From contig JBAYIX010000001.1 in the NCBI GenBank assembly GCA_041665385.1, positions 47,865 to 111,864 on the forward strand: a stretch of DNA of 64,000 bases. Reading direction: 5' to 3'. The notes beneath the pieces are model-generated. The model did no database searches. It was not told where the DNA came from and saw only the letters and a list, made by a program, of their open reading frames with translations. A program made the translations under genes and the position numbers. Of the stretch, positions 1 through 9,514 are shown one piece after another (within the stretch, counting starts at the first letter, position 1; each line of letters begins with the position of its first letter). This stretch comes from Minisyncoccota bacterium (GTDB lineage: Bacteria > Patescibacteriota > Minisyncoccia > Phycocordibacterales > PALSA-1337).

Positions 1-446
1 TCACGATTTGTGAAGATGGGTGACGGGTGTTCGGGATGGAAGTGACACTTCATCCCCACAGTGCCGCAATATTTGATGATATGAAGTATTTTTCCGTAGT
101 GCTTCACGCCATGTTCGGACATTGTCGTCCTCAAATAGGGATAGACCTTGCCATCGACGATACCGGCTGATACACACTCATCGATATCCTCTTCTGTAGT
201 ATCTTCCGTGATCATCACAAACGGAATAAAGCGCATAGCCCGTCCGAGAGGGACGAGTCTAGCGGCGACATCGCGGTAAGTTGTCACAGAGCGGGCATTA
301 ACGATTGGCATTTTTAGATTTGGCATGATGCCCAACACATCCGTACCCCCTTCGAGAGCGTACCGAATGAGAGCAGACATGATGTCTTCTCTTTGTCTCA
401 AATGAAAGTGGGTGTCCGCCAAAGATTCAACTTCAATAACATTCAT
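1..446 (-). CDS. pyrC: Dihydroorotase (E. coli-type, class II); runs off the window start
   Basis: Not in ORF track. Manual translation from ATG 446: MNVIEVESLADTHFHLRQ...IMPNLK...KVYPYLRTTMSEHGV...CHFHPE, matching PyrC motifs DxHxHLR, MPN, KxYP-x3-TTxSxxGV and HxE. GAAAGGA SD upstream. Confidence 0.85.
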   Translation of the reverse strand, partial: MNVIEVESLADTHFHLRQREDIMSALIRYALEGGTDVLGIMPNLKMPIVNARSVTTYRDVAARLVPLGRAMRFIPFVMITEDTTEEDIDECVSAGIVDGKVYPYLRTTMSEHGVKHYGKILHIIKYCGTVGMKCHFHPEHPSPIFTNR

Positions 447-552
447 ATTGTCCTTTCTTCTGGTTGTTTACTGTCCTATTCTGACGAAACATTAGTCCAT
501 CCGAGACTACAAAGCAACACGCCCAGGTAGAAAGAACCAATGCACACTATTA

Positions 553-1260
553 TCAGATAGCTCGAAATTCTTGAATTATTTTTTCTTCATCCTCGGCATT
601 TAACGCCTTTTTGTACCTGGCGCCGCGAACACCCTTTACTCTTTTTTCACATTCTGGCCAGGAATGATAGATCTTGATATCACCTTTTATGGAACTTATA
701 TATGAATATGCCTTGGCCTTGCTTCGAGATTTTGTCTCCATTTTTTCTGCAGATTTGACCGCTGAATGAGTAATTTTCAAAATATCCGAAACCAAATAAC
801 TAGAGAGTGGTCCATTATACAAATCAAAACTTTTTTTATCTGCAAAAGAAGTAGCAATGACATCACATCTCTCATTTCCAGGAATGCCCACATGCCCGCC
901 GACATATTCCCACTTTATGTTCCTCTCGTCTGCGAGCTCGTCCAGCTTTTCCCACAGATCCCTATTCAGAACCTCGGCTTTTGCGCGCGTCACCCAATCT
1001 ATCTTTTTCCAGCCCTTCACCCATTTTGTAATACCATTTATGAGATATGAAGAGTCGGTATACAGTTTTCCATTAGAACCTTCCGGAATATTTGCTAGTG
1101 CTTGTATAGCCGCGACTAGCTCCATTCTATTATTTGTAGTGTGCTCTTCCCTACCACTCAGCTCTACAACTGTGCCTTTTGCTTCGTCTATGATTATCGC
1201 CCCCCAGCCGCCAGGACCGGGATTGCCACGCGATGCTCCGTCGGTAAAGATGATTGTCAT
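553..1260 (-). CDS. rnhA: Ribonuclease HI with C-terminal hybrid-binding (viroplasmin-like) domain
   Basis: FTDGASRGNPGPGGWG, TNNRMEL, TDSSY and GHVGIPGNERCD motifs; C-terminal YHSWPECEKRVKGVRGARYKK. Confidence 0.92.
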   Translation of the reverse strand: MTIIFTDGASRGNPGPGGWGAIIIDEAKGTVVELSGREEHTTNNRMELVAAIQALANIPEGSNGKLYTDSSYLINGITKWVKGWKKIDWVTRAKAEVLNRDLWEKLDELADERNIKWEYVGGHVGIPGNERCDVIATSFADKKSFDLYNGPLSSYLVSDILKITHSAVKSAEKMETKSRSKAKAYSYISSIKGDIKIYHSWPECEKRVKGVRGARYKKALNAEDEEKIIQEFRAI

Positions 1261-1377
1261 CTTTCGATTTTAGCATGTATTGGAATAAAATTTTAGATTT
1301 GTGTATGTTTGCTCAAAAGAAAACCGCTCAGAAAAGCCGAGCGGCTTCTTTGAGCGGTGTGATCAGATGACGTGCAA

Positions 1378-3207
1378 TTACTGGAATCGATCGGCTTGGA
1401 GCCGGAACAGGCGAGCATAAATACCTCCCTGTCGCATGAGTGCCGCATGACTTCCGATCTCGGCAACGGAGCCGTTTTCCAGAACACAGATGCGATCGGC
1501 TTGCACAACATTTGCATAGTTATGCGAGATGAGCACCGCCGATGTTTTCCCTTTGAGACTATAGAGCCTCTCAAATATGGCAGCCTCGGCCTTCGCATCA
1601 GTGGCCGCTGTCGGCTCGTCCAGAATAGCGAAATGAGCTTTGCGGTATGATACCCGCGCCAGAACAAGTCGTTGAGACTGACCCCGAGAGAGATCGATCC
1701 CGCCGAATTCCCGACCAATCTGCTGAGAGTAGCCTTCGTCAAACTTCTCAATGAACCTGTCGGCTCCTGAGAACTTTGCTGACTCGAGTACTCGTTCGCG
1801 CCGTATCGGATCGGTTGTCCTACCTAGGGCGATAACCTCATCAGCTTTGAAACAATACTCCCCATACCATTGCGCGAGAATAGCGAGCTCTGCATACCAC
1901 GATTGGAGGTCGATGGTCTTCAGATCGATACCATCGATAAGGATCTTCCCTTTGTCTGGGTCGTACACGCGACAGAGTAACTTTGCCAACGTAGTCTTAC
2001 CTGCTCCATTTTCCCCGACGATAGCCAAGATTTCTCCAGGTTTGATCGTGAGGGATACGTTTCGCAGGACAGGCTCGCTTTGATCCGGATATGTGAATGT
2101 CACATTCCGAAACTCGATAGTCGGGATTTTACCCCGACACACAACAATACCGTTCTCAGGCTGTTTGATCACAGGCTCGGTCGCCAGTACTTTTCTAATG
2201 TCACTGGCAAAGAGACTGTTCTCGTACTGCCTCGCCAGAGTGTTGAACAGTCCGGAGAATGAACTCTGGAAACTGAACAATGTACCAGTAATAAATAGCC
2301 AAGTCCCTATCTGAGTCTCTCCGCTGACAACTCTCATAATCACTATGAGAACCGTCAAGGAGATCGCCAGGGTAGAGACCATTCCCGAGATCAGATCTGC
2401 ACGGAACTTCTTCTTGTCATTGACTCTATGCTCGGCATTAAAGCCTTTGAGCATACTTTCAACGCGTGTGATGAAGTGTCCAACGTTCTGAAACACTTGT
2501 AGTTCGAAAAGATTCGAACTACTTTGGAATTTGTTACGGAGATGAAAGAATCTCCTCCGTGTGGTCGACTGGGTATCGTAGATGTCCCAGACGTTGTGAC
2601 TGTATCGGAACTGAGCGATCAAGGATGGGATTTCTCCAAATGCGACCATGAGCCAGAGCGTACTGTCGATCGACAGTAGGATCGCCGAGGCTATGACCAA
2701 ACCGGCCACCGATGACAACATGTCGTACTGACCCTCCAGGAGATTTATCAAGGAAAAGATTCCCCGCTCACCTGCCTTATTTGAGAGGTCTTGAAATGCT
2801 GGATCTTCATGACGCGCCAAGTCTAGCTCAGAACGTTTCTTCAACATCATCATCTCGAACCTTTCAGACATGACCATGTGCAATGCCTTTTCCCAATACC
2901 GCTTCAATGAATGAAGCAGACTAGGCAATGCATATGCGAACATGAGAAGACCGACAGAGAAGGTCAACATCAAGGTGAATTGTCCGTAACGACTAGCTCT
3001 CATGAGCTCGTTCACTACTAAGGCGTTTGCGCCCGATCGCAGGAATGACAGTAAAGTCATTGCCAAGGTGACCGCAAACATAAGGATGACCAAATTGTGG
3101 CTCTCTTGCCAAGCCAACTTGGCTACCACGACCATGTTCCGAAACATCTCGACCACAGAAGCGATAGAAAGTGACGTTTTTGCCACTTTCTCTTTTTCGA
3201 TATTCAT
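1378..3207 (-). CDS. ABC transporter, fused permease/ATPase (exporter type)
   Basis: N-terminal TM helices; Walker A GENGAGKT, signature LSRGQ, Walker B ILDEPT, H-loop ISH. Confidence 0.9.
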   Translation of the reverse strand: MNIEKEKVAKTSLSIASVVEMFRNMVVVAKLAWQESHNLVILMFAVTLAMTLLSFLRSGANALVVNELMRASRYGQFTLMLTFSVGLLMFAYALPSLLHSLKRYWEKALHMVMSERFEMMMLKKRSELDLARHEDPAFQDLSNKAGERGIFSLINLLEGQYDMLSSVAGLVIASAILLSIDSTLWLMVAFGEIPSLIAQFRYSHNVWDIYDTQSTTRRRFFHLRNKFQSSSNLFELQVFQNVGHFITRVESMLKGFNAEHRVNDKKKFRADLISGMVSTLAISLTVLIVIMRVVSGETQIGTWLFITGTLFSFQSSFSGLFNTLARQYENSLFASDIRKVLATEPVIKQPENGIVVCRGKIPTIEFRNVTFTYPDQSEPVLRNVSLTIKPGEILAIVGENGAGKTTLAKLLCRVYDPDKGKILIDGIDLKTIDLQSWYAELAILAQWYGEYCFKADEVIALGRTTDPIRRERVLESAKFSGADRFIEKFDEGYSQQIGREFGGIDLSRGQSQRLVLARVSYRKAHFAILDEPTAATDAKAEAAIFERLYSLKGKTSAVLISHNYANVVQADRICVLENGSVAEIGSHAALMRQGGIYARLFRLQADRFQ

Positions 3208-3292
3208 TTCTCAAGGTCCTTTCGTTTGTTGTGAATTCTCCTATATTATACTACACATATAGATGCTTGTCTAGTAACTTGCAAGTAACCCA

Positions 3293-5050
3293 TTACACCC
3301 CCATAAAAACCTCCACGACCCTCATCCTAAGCTCCGTCTTGCCACCAAACATAGATTTTTCTAGTGTTGATATGAGATCTATCTTACTCTTCGGCTGTAC
3401 TTCCCTAGCCCAATCGCTTGATGCCCCAAAAAAGGATATGGCCTTTAGCTTTTCCCCGCTTAGTTTCTGAAAAGTCAGTTCCACATGCTCCTTTGTCTTA
3501 CCAAATATTTTTAGAGATTCCACTGTAATATTTCGAAATAGGAAAACTGGTTTTTTATTGCCTGTGCCGAATGGCGCAAGTTTGGCAATATCGTTATAAA
3601 GATTCCAATTCACTGCATCGAGAGTTAGCTCTGCGTCTATCTCGTCACCATTTACGGCAGAAATTTCCGTTACGCCTGCAAGCGCAGCTTTTTCCATATT
3701 AGATAATGCCGCTTCATTTAGCCTTTGCTCGAGATAGTGCACAGCGTCATTTGCGACAGCGAAGCCCCCTGAATGTTTGTGTCCACCAAACTGTACGAAA
3801 ACCCCCTCGGGCACAGCACGCATGAGCTCTACCACATGAGTCCTGCCTTCCGAACGACAAGAACCCTTTATAGCATTGTCACCATCGCGCCCCCAAAGGA
3901 AAACAGGTCTGTCATATTCTTCGGCACAGGTGTTCGCCGCAAGACCTAGGAGTGCAGGTCTCCAACTAGGATTACCCAGGACTATCACACTCGGTATACT
4001 CTGACTCTCCTTCTGACTGCCATAGCGATCACGCAAAGTCTTCTTTATTTCCTTAACCAGAGCCGCGACTACCCCTTTCCTTTCGTTATTTATCTCATCC
4101 AAATGATCCGCCGCACTGCTCGCATCCGTATCATTGTCTGCTGTGAGCATACGAAATGCATCCATGGGCACACCCATTCGCGAAGCGGCATTGATGCGTG
4201 GTGTTATCATAAAAGCGATATCATCCTCCGTCACATACCTTTGTTGTATTCGCAATTTGGAAAGCATTTTTATCAAACCTTTCCTCGGACTCTTGCGCAG
4301 CACATCGAGACCATATCTGGCAAATACACGATTCTCCCCCACCAGAGGCACCATGTCTGACATTGTAGCCATACCGACCAGGTCCAGCATCCATTTTTCC
4401 ATACCTTCCTTCATACCCAGCCTGTCTTTTTTCAATATCGCCTGAATGAGTTTGAAACCGACACCAGTACCACAAAGATTTTTATCAGGATATAAGCAGT
4501 CTGCCTGTTTGTGATCTATGATGGCAAAAGCCGCCGGCAATATGAGCGGTGGCTCATGATGATCCGTGATTATTACGTCCACCTCCAGACTATTCGCATG
4601 CGCCACGGGACCCACGTCCGATATGCCGCAGTCGAGCGTAACCAAGAGCTTCACACCCCCTCTCGCAAGCTCAGTCACAGCGTCATCATTCAAACCAAAA
4701 CCTTCGTCATGACGATGTGGGATATATATAACAAAGTTTTTGTACCCTATACGAGCAAAAAATTCATGCCACATGGCCGCGCCGGGTATACCATCGGCAT
4801 CATAGTCGCTATATATCGCCACTTTTTCTTCATTTCGTATGGCTCCGAGTATCCTATCTGCCGCTTTTTCGGCATCCTTTAGGAGAAATGGGTCATGTAT
4901 ATCACGATCGTAATCCGGAGCGATAAATTTTCCCGCCTTTTCCGCATCATCAATACCCCTGTGATACAAAAGATGTGACAAAAGTGTAGAAAATGGCGCG
5001 AGTTGGAGCTGTTCTACCGTGCTCAGTTGTCGGCGTATAGCATACTTCAC
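3293..5050 (-). CDS. recJ: ssDNA-specific exonuclease RecJ
   Basis: DYDADG, TLDCG, ITDHH, PRINAASR, GGH and APFGTGN motifs. Confidence 0.95.
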   Translation of the reverse strand: MKYAIRRQLSTVEQLQLAPFSTLLSHLLYHRGIDDAEKAGKFIAPDYDRDIHDPFLLKDAEKAADRILGAIRNEEKVAIYSDYDADGIPGAAMWHEFFARIGYKNFVIYIPHRHDEGFGLNDDAVTELARGGVKLLVTLDCGISDVGPVAHANSLEVDVIITDHHEPPLILPAAFAIIDHKQADCLYPDKNLCGTGVGFKLIQAILKKDRLGMKEGMEKWMLDLVGMATMSDMVPLVGENRVFARYGLDVLRKSPRKGLIKMLSKLRIQQRYVTEDDIAFMITPRINAASRMGVPMDAFRMLTADNDTDASSAADHLDEINNERKGVVAALVKEIKKTLRDRYGSQKESQSIPSVIVLGNPSWRPALLGLAANTCAEEYDRPVFLWGRDGDNAIKGSCRSEGRTHVVELMRAVPEGVFVQFGGHKHSGGFAVANDAVHYLEQRLNEAALSNMEKAALAGVTEISAVNGDEIDAELTLDAVNWNLYNDIAKLAPFGTGNKKPVFLFRNITVESLKIFGKTKEHVELTFQKLSGEKLKAISFFGASSDWAREVQPKSKIDLISTLEKSMFGGKTELRMRVVEVFMGV

Positions 5051-5081
5051 GAGAGAAAGTATAGCATGCTAAACTTGAGCC

Positions 5082-5444
5082 ATGGATAACTGCATATTTT
5101 GCAAAATAGTTCGGAAAGAAATACCGGCACATATAGTCTATGAGGACGAACGATTCTTGGCATTTCTTTCTAGTGAACCATTATCCGTCGGTCATGTTTT
5201 GGTTATTCCCAAAAAACACTACAGATGGGTATGGGATGTCGAGAATGCAGGTGAGTATTTCGAAACTGTAAAGAAAATCGCTCACGCCCAGAGAAAAGCT
5301 TTCTCTACGGAGTTTATAATGAGCAAGATTGTGGGCGAAGAAGTACCCCACGCCCATATCTGGGTCTTTCCTTCAAAAGAAATCGCCGGCGATAAGGATG
5401 ACCTAGCCGGCAATGCAAAAAAGATTATAGATTGTCTCCGTTGA
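5082..5444 (+). CDS. HIT family protein
   Basis: CIFCKI start, GHVLVIPKKH, HAHIW triad-like motif. Confidence 0.9.
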   Translation: MDNCIFCKIVRKEIPAHIVYEDERFLAFLSSEPLSVGHVLVIPKKHYRWVWDVENAGEYFETVKKIAHAQRKAFSTEFIMSKIVGEEVPHAHIWVFPSKEIAGDKDDLAGNAKKIIDCLR

Positions 5445-6558
5445 GAGCCTGTATACCTGGAAGTGTACCCTTGGCCAGGAAGTCGAGCATAGCCCCGCCT
5501 CCGGAGGAAACAAAAGTAAAATCTTGTGTAAGCTTCATATCTTCGAGTGCGGCCACTGTATCTCCTCCACCGACGACGGACATAAGACCTCTTTTCGTAT
5601 TTTCTGCAATACATTTTGCCAAATCTTCCGTCCCCTTATTATAACCAAGCTCATACAATCCGATTGTGCCGTTCCAAAGTACAAACCGGGCTCCTGCTAT
5701 CTTTTCCTTTAACATCGCCATAGTTTTTGGCCCGGCGTCTACTATCTTGCCATCCTTGGGAAAACCTTCTGGTAGCCAGATCTGCTTTTTCTCATCCATG
5801 ACGTCTATAGGAAGAAGAAGTTTGGTATTGCTTGCATATTGCGATAGGTCTATGTTCCCCGCAGAAACTAGTGAGGTTCCGAGCTCATATCCTTTTTGTT
5901 TGAAAAAGTCATTTGCCAACGCACCACCAACGAAGACTGTGTCTGCTATCTCCAAAAACTTTTTCAATAGAGGCAACTTTGTCTCGAACTTCGCACCATT
6001 CAAGATGAAGACAAAAGGTCGCGGAGGATTGAAAGTCCTAGAGAGATGTTCTACTTCTTTCTCTAGTTGCAGTCCGGCATAGCTCGGTATGAGTTTTGGC
6101 ACAGAAAATATTGATGCATGCTCTCGATGAGAAGAAGGAAATGCTTCATTTACATACATGTCGCCAAATGAAGCCAGCTGTCTAGCAAAAGCCATATCAT
6201 TATTCTTTTCGCCTTCGTAGAATCGAAGATTTTCCAATAAAACCACATCGCCATTCTTCATCTTCTCTTCGATGTAACTATGAGCGATCTTGTAGTCTTC
6301 TATGAAAGTACAAGGCATTCCCAACTTCACTATGCGTTCATTAACAGGCTTGAATGACAAATTCTTACCGTCACTAGACTCTATGTGTGCGATCAGGATG
6401 ACTTTGGCACCCCTCTCCTTCAAGTATGAGATCGTCGGCAAAACTATTCGGATACGAAAATCATCTGTTATCTTGCCGTCCTGCATGGGCACATTGAGAT
6501 CGGCACGTACGAGTACCCTCACCCCTTCCAGATGTTCTATGTCTCGTATGGTCTTCAT
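5425..6558 (-). CDS. pgk: Phosphoglycerate kinase
   Basis: RADLNVP, LLENLRF, GGGDT and SSGGGA motifs. Confidence 0.95.
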   Translation of the reverse strand: MKTIRDIEHLEGVRVLVRADLNVPMQDGKITDDFRIRIVLPTISYLKERGAKVILIAHIESSDGKNLSFKPVNERIVKLGMPCTFIEDYKIAHSYIEEKMKNGDVVLLENLRFYEGEKNNDMAFARQLASFGDMYVNEAFPSSHREHASIFSVPKLIPSYAGLQLEKEVEHLSRTFNPPRPFVFILNGAKFETKLPLLKKFLEIADTVFVGGALANDFFKQKGYELGTSLVSAGNIDLSQYASNTKLLLPIDVMDEKKQIWLPEGFPKDGKIVDAGPKTMAMLKEKIAGARFVLWNGTIGLYELGYNKGTEDLAKCIAENTKRGLMSVVGGGDTVAALEDMKLTQDFTFVSSGGGAMLDFLAKGTLPGIQALNGDNL

Positions 6559-7322
6559 ATGTCGAGGGTATCTACGGCGCGGAGTAGCTCCACAAAACCA
6601 ACAGAATTTACACTTTCTCTGCCTACCAAGAAACCGTCTGCTTTGCCTATTGTTATGATATCTGGAGCATTGTGAGAATTTACCGATCCACCATAGAGAA
6701 CCCTGGTCTTTATGCCAGCGTCTGGAGTGAAGACATCGGCAAATATTTTCTTTACAAACAACGATGTCTCATAAACATCTTCTGGTCGCATTGCGTCCTT
6801 GCCACCTATGGCCCAGACGGGCTCGTAGGCTATGACTATGTCTTTTGTAAATTTTTTTGCTACTCCCTCGAGACTATTACGGATCTGATTTTTCAGACTT
6901 TCAAGGTATGATCCCTCTGGGTCGCGGGTATTTTCCCCCACGCAGACTATGGCTTGCATGCCCTGCTCGAGCACATTTCGCAAACGCTTCGAAACATTTG
7001 CATCTGTGTCTCCTTTTTGCCTTTGTTCAGAATGTCCTACCACCACATATTCTACTCCCATATCTTTGAGCATGGTCGCGCTGACTTCACCGGTATGTGG
7101 CCCAGTATCTACTTCTGTAGATGCAGATTGCGCACCCAAGAAAAAATTTTTGGGTATCTCCCGAGACTTACATACGGAAATATATGGAAATGGTGGACAT
7201 ATCACAGCTTCTGTTCTTTCTAGGCTAGCTGCGGCCAAGCGAAATTTGCGTGCGAGGTTCTTTGCCTCGATTACCGTGGCCGGGTTCATCTTCCAGTTAC
7301 CTGCTACAAGTCTTTTGTTCAT
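6555..7322 (-). CDS. tpiA: Triosephosphate isomerase
   Basis: AGNWKMN, GHSE, AYEPVWAIG, LYGGSV; start moved to MNKRLVAGNWK at 7322. Confidence 0.95.
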   Translation of the reverse strand: MNKRLVAGNWKMNPATVIEAKNLARKFRLAAASLERTEAVICPPFPYISVCKSREIPKNFFLGAQSASTEVDTGPHTGEVSATMLKDMGVEYVVVGHSEQRQKGDTDANVSKRLRNVLEQGMQAIVCVGENTRDPEGSYLESLKNQIRNSLEGVAKKFTKDIVIAYEPVWAIGGKDAMRPEDVYETSLFVKKIFADVFTPDAGIKTRVLYGGSVNSHNAPDIITIGKADGFLVGRESVNSVGFVELLRAVDTLDI

Positions 7323-7369
7323 GAGTGTAATTGTAACAAGTAGCAAATAAAAAGCGAATTCCTTGTCTA

Positions 7370-8884
7370 TTAGTTCACTTCCTGCCAAGACAACGGTATG
7401 TACGAACTAGATGAAAGCGGAAACGACGGCGGAGGACCATAGAGAAGATCCGGGTCATAGGTAACATCTCGTACACAGTAGCCACTGCCGATATTACCTA
7501 TAGCTCCACCACAATTGAAGTTTGAGCCAGTATAAGAAAATCCGTACCTGACGTATGTCGCTATCATTCCATAGAGAGTGAGGGAATTGCGTGTATATGT
7601 GCTGCCACAATCGGAATTGTAATAATACCTGCCTACCCTGCCCGTCTGAGCCACCAGGGCCGCATCTATTTCCAGATCTGTATCGCTATAAAGGCCGACT
7701 GTCACATTTCCTTGTGCTATAAGGCCGATAGAGTTACTACCATCTTGAGTCGCATAGCTCAGATCCGCATTTATTATGATATCCGGCGGTGTCGCAGGCT
7801 GAGGCAGTTTGGCCGCAGCGATGGTTACCCGGGCTCCATTCCCCACTCTGCCGTCCACCCAAACATTATCTGCCACAAATATTACTCCATTGGACGGGAG
7901 CTTATTACCTGTCGATATGGTTTGTTCGGGGTTGCCTGTATTACCAATACTCCAGCTTCCCCAGTTGGTCTGACTGGCATCATTGCCACATTGGTTCGGC
8001 ACACTGCGGAGGGACTTCACTTTTTTTAGGTCATAGGTAGTAGTGCCATTGTTATTGTAGAAGATAATATGATAACCGTAGTTTCCACTACCCGACGCGG
8101 CAATATTATATTTATTCGTAATAGGATCCGAAGCTATTGCAGCTACCTGAAGCTGGTTAAAATTTGCAGTAATACCGGAAAAACTCACTGCAGGATTCGA
8201 AAGTTGCCTCCCCGCCACAAAAACGTCCGGCCTATTTGGCAATACTGTAGGTGGATTTGGATCATTTGCACCAGACTCCGTAAATACTGCCCACCGGAGC
8301 GCACATGCAGGATAAGGTGAACATGACACATCGGGGTCAGTAGTCGTAGAAAGTGCACTCGCAACTACATTGTTCGCTATACCGTCGAAGTGAATACCCT
8401 GATTTGCATGTATTGGCCCATTTACGACCGTACCAGCACCAAAACGCATAAAATCATTTGCTACAAAAGCGTATTTTGCAAAAGAAGGAATAGCCAAGGT
8501 GGACAGGAGAGTTCTAGAAATACTACTGCTCGCAAGTGTGCCAACAGAGCGTATCTTTACCAAAGTAGAACCTATAGGCGGCGGGGTGATAGTCAGACTG
8601 TATGTCCCCAGAATATTTCCAGACTCGTCAGCAAAGTTGTGGACATATGGTCCAGGGTTTGTGGTCCCGTCTCTGAAATCAGATGGTGAATGCGCTAGGT
8701 GCCAACGATAATATTCTATACCTGCCTCCGCTATCTGCAGAGCCTGCTCTTTTTGCTGTAAGTTTTTCACCGAACGAAATATCTGAACACTCCAATTCAC
8801 TAAACCGGTCGTAATAACCACAGCTATGGTTGCAAATATGAGCACGTTTACCAAAACCATTCCTTTTGAAGGATTCTTACTCAT
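7370..8884 (-). CDS. PilX-like minor pilin / pilus assembly protein
   Basis: KG-MVLVNVL hydrophobic N-terminus, ALQIAEAGIE PilX-type motif; lies in the pilus cluster. Confidence 0.7.
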   Translation of the reverse strand: MSKNPSKGMVLVNVLIFATIAVVITTGLVNWSVQIFRSVKNLQQKEQALQIAEAGIEYYRWHLAHSPSDFRDGTTNPGPYVHNFADESGNILGTYSLTITPPPIGSTLVKIRSVGTLASSSISRTLLSTLAIPSFAKYAFVANDFMRFGAGTVVNGPIHANQGIHFDGIANNVVASALSTTTDPDVSCSPYPACALRWAVFTESGANDPNPPTVLPNRPDVFVAGRQLSNPAVSFSGITANFNQLQVAAIASDPITNKYNIAASGSGNYGYHIIFYNNNGTTTYDLKKVKSLRSVPNQCGNDASQTNWGSWSIGNTGNPEQTISTGNKLPSNGVIFVADNVWVDGRVGNGARVTIAAAKLPQPATPPDIIINADLSYATQDGSNSIGLIAQGNVTVGLYSDTDLEIDAALVAQTGRVGRYYYNSDCGSTYTRNSLTLYGMIATYVRYGFSYTGSNFNCGGAIGNIGSGYCVRDVTYDPDLLYGPPPSFPLSSSSYIPLSWQEVN

Positions 8885-9507
8885 AGATTGTTTTTGAGAT
8901 TGCGCAAGGATACGCTACTGCTAAAGGTTCTAGGTATTGGCGAGCGGTTCGGGTCGGAGTCAATGATAATAGTTACATTTATAAGCCTCACAGAGGAAAT
9001 GCTGAGCGGATATGAAAGAGGAGAACTAGTACCTTGGTACGAACTATCAAAGTATCTGAATACTGGCAAGGTACTGGAAGCTCTGACACCTGTAGCCAGG
9101 ATCTTCAATGTCTCATTTGCAGGGTTGTATACCGGCGGATTCCCTGTGGGTATGATCTGTCCCCTGTACAGAGTGGTACTGGAGAGAAAATATCGGACCT
9201 TTTCTATTGCTGTATCGTTATTCACATTATTAAAAAAGGTTATGGAGCTGGTCGCTGCGGAAAATATGGCATAAGATCCGCTCGCAGAAGGGATCATGGA
9301 CCGGAGTTCTTTTGTCATGGGCTTCAAGACTGCCTCTGCCTGCCAGGTATTTGTGATCTGTGTCTGTGACTGATTCGTATAGATAAAAATATTCGCTTCG
9401 AAAGCAAAGACTGCGACCATGACAATGCCGATAACAGCTATGACCACCAACATTTCTGCAAGTGTCATTCCCTTTTTCAACAAATATTTTGATGATTGTG
9501 GTGACAT
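8881..9507 (-). CDS. Prepilin-type N-terminal cleavage/methylation protein (minor pilin)
   Basis: KKG|MTLAEMLVVIAVI class III signal peptide. Confidence 0.85.
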   Translation of the reverse strand: MSPQSSKYLLKKGMTLAEMLVVIAVIGIVMVAVFAFEANIFIYTNQSQTQITNTWQAEAVLKPMTKELRSMIPSASGSYAIFSAATSSITFFNNVNNDTAIEKVRYFLSSTTLYRGQIIPTGNPPVYNPANETLKILATGVRASSTLPVFRYFDSSYQGTSSPLSYPLSISSVRLINVTIIIDSDPNRSPIPRTFSSSVSLRNLKNNL

Positions 9508-9514
9508 ATGAGAT

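Noticed and set aside
1670-1700. Degenerate ABC signature LSRGQ as evidence of a pseudogene
   Set aside because: The ORF is full length with intact Walker A/B and H-loop; one substitution is insufficient.
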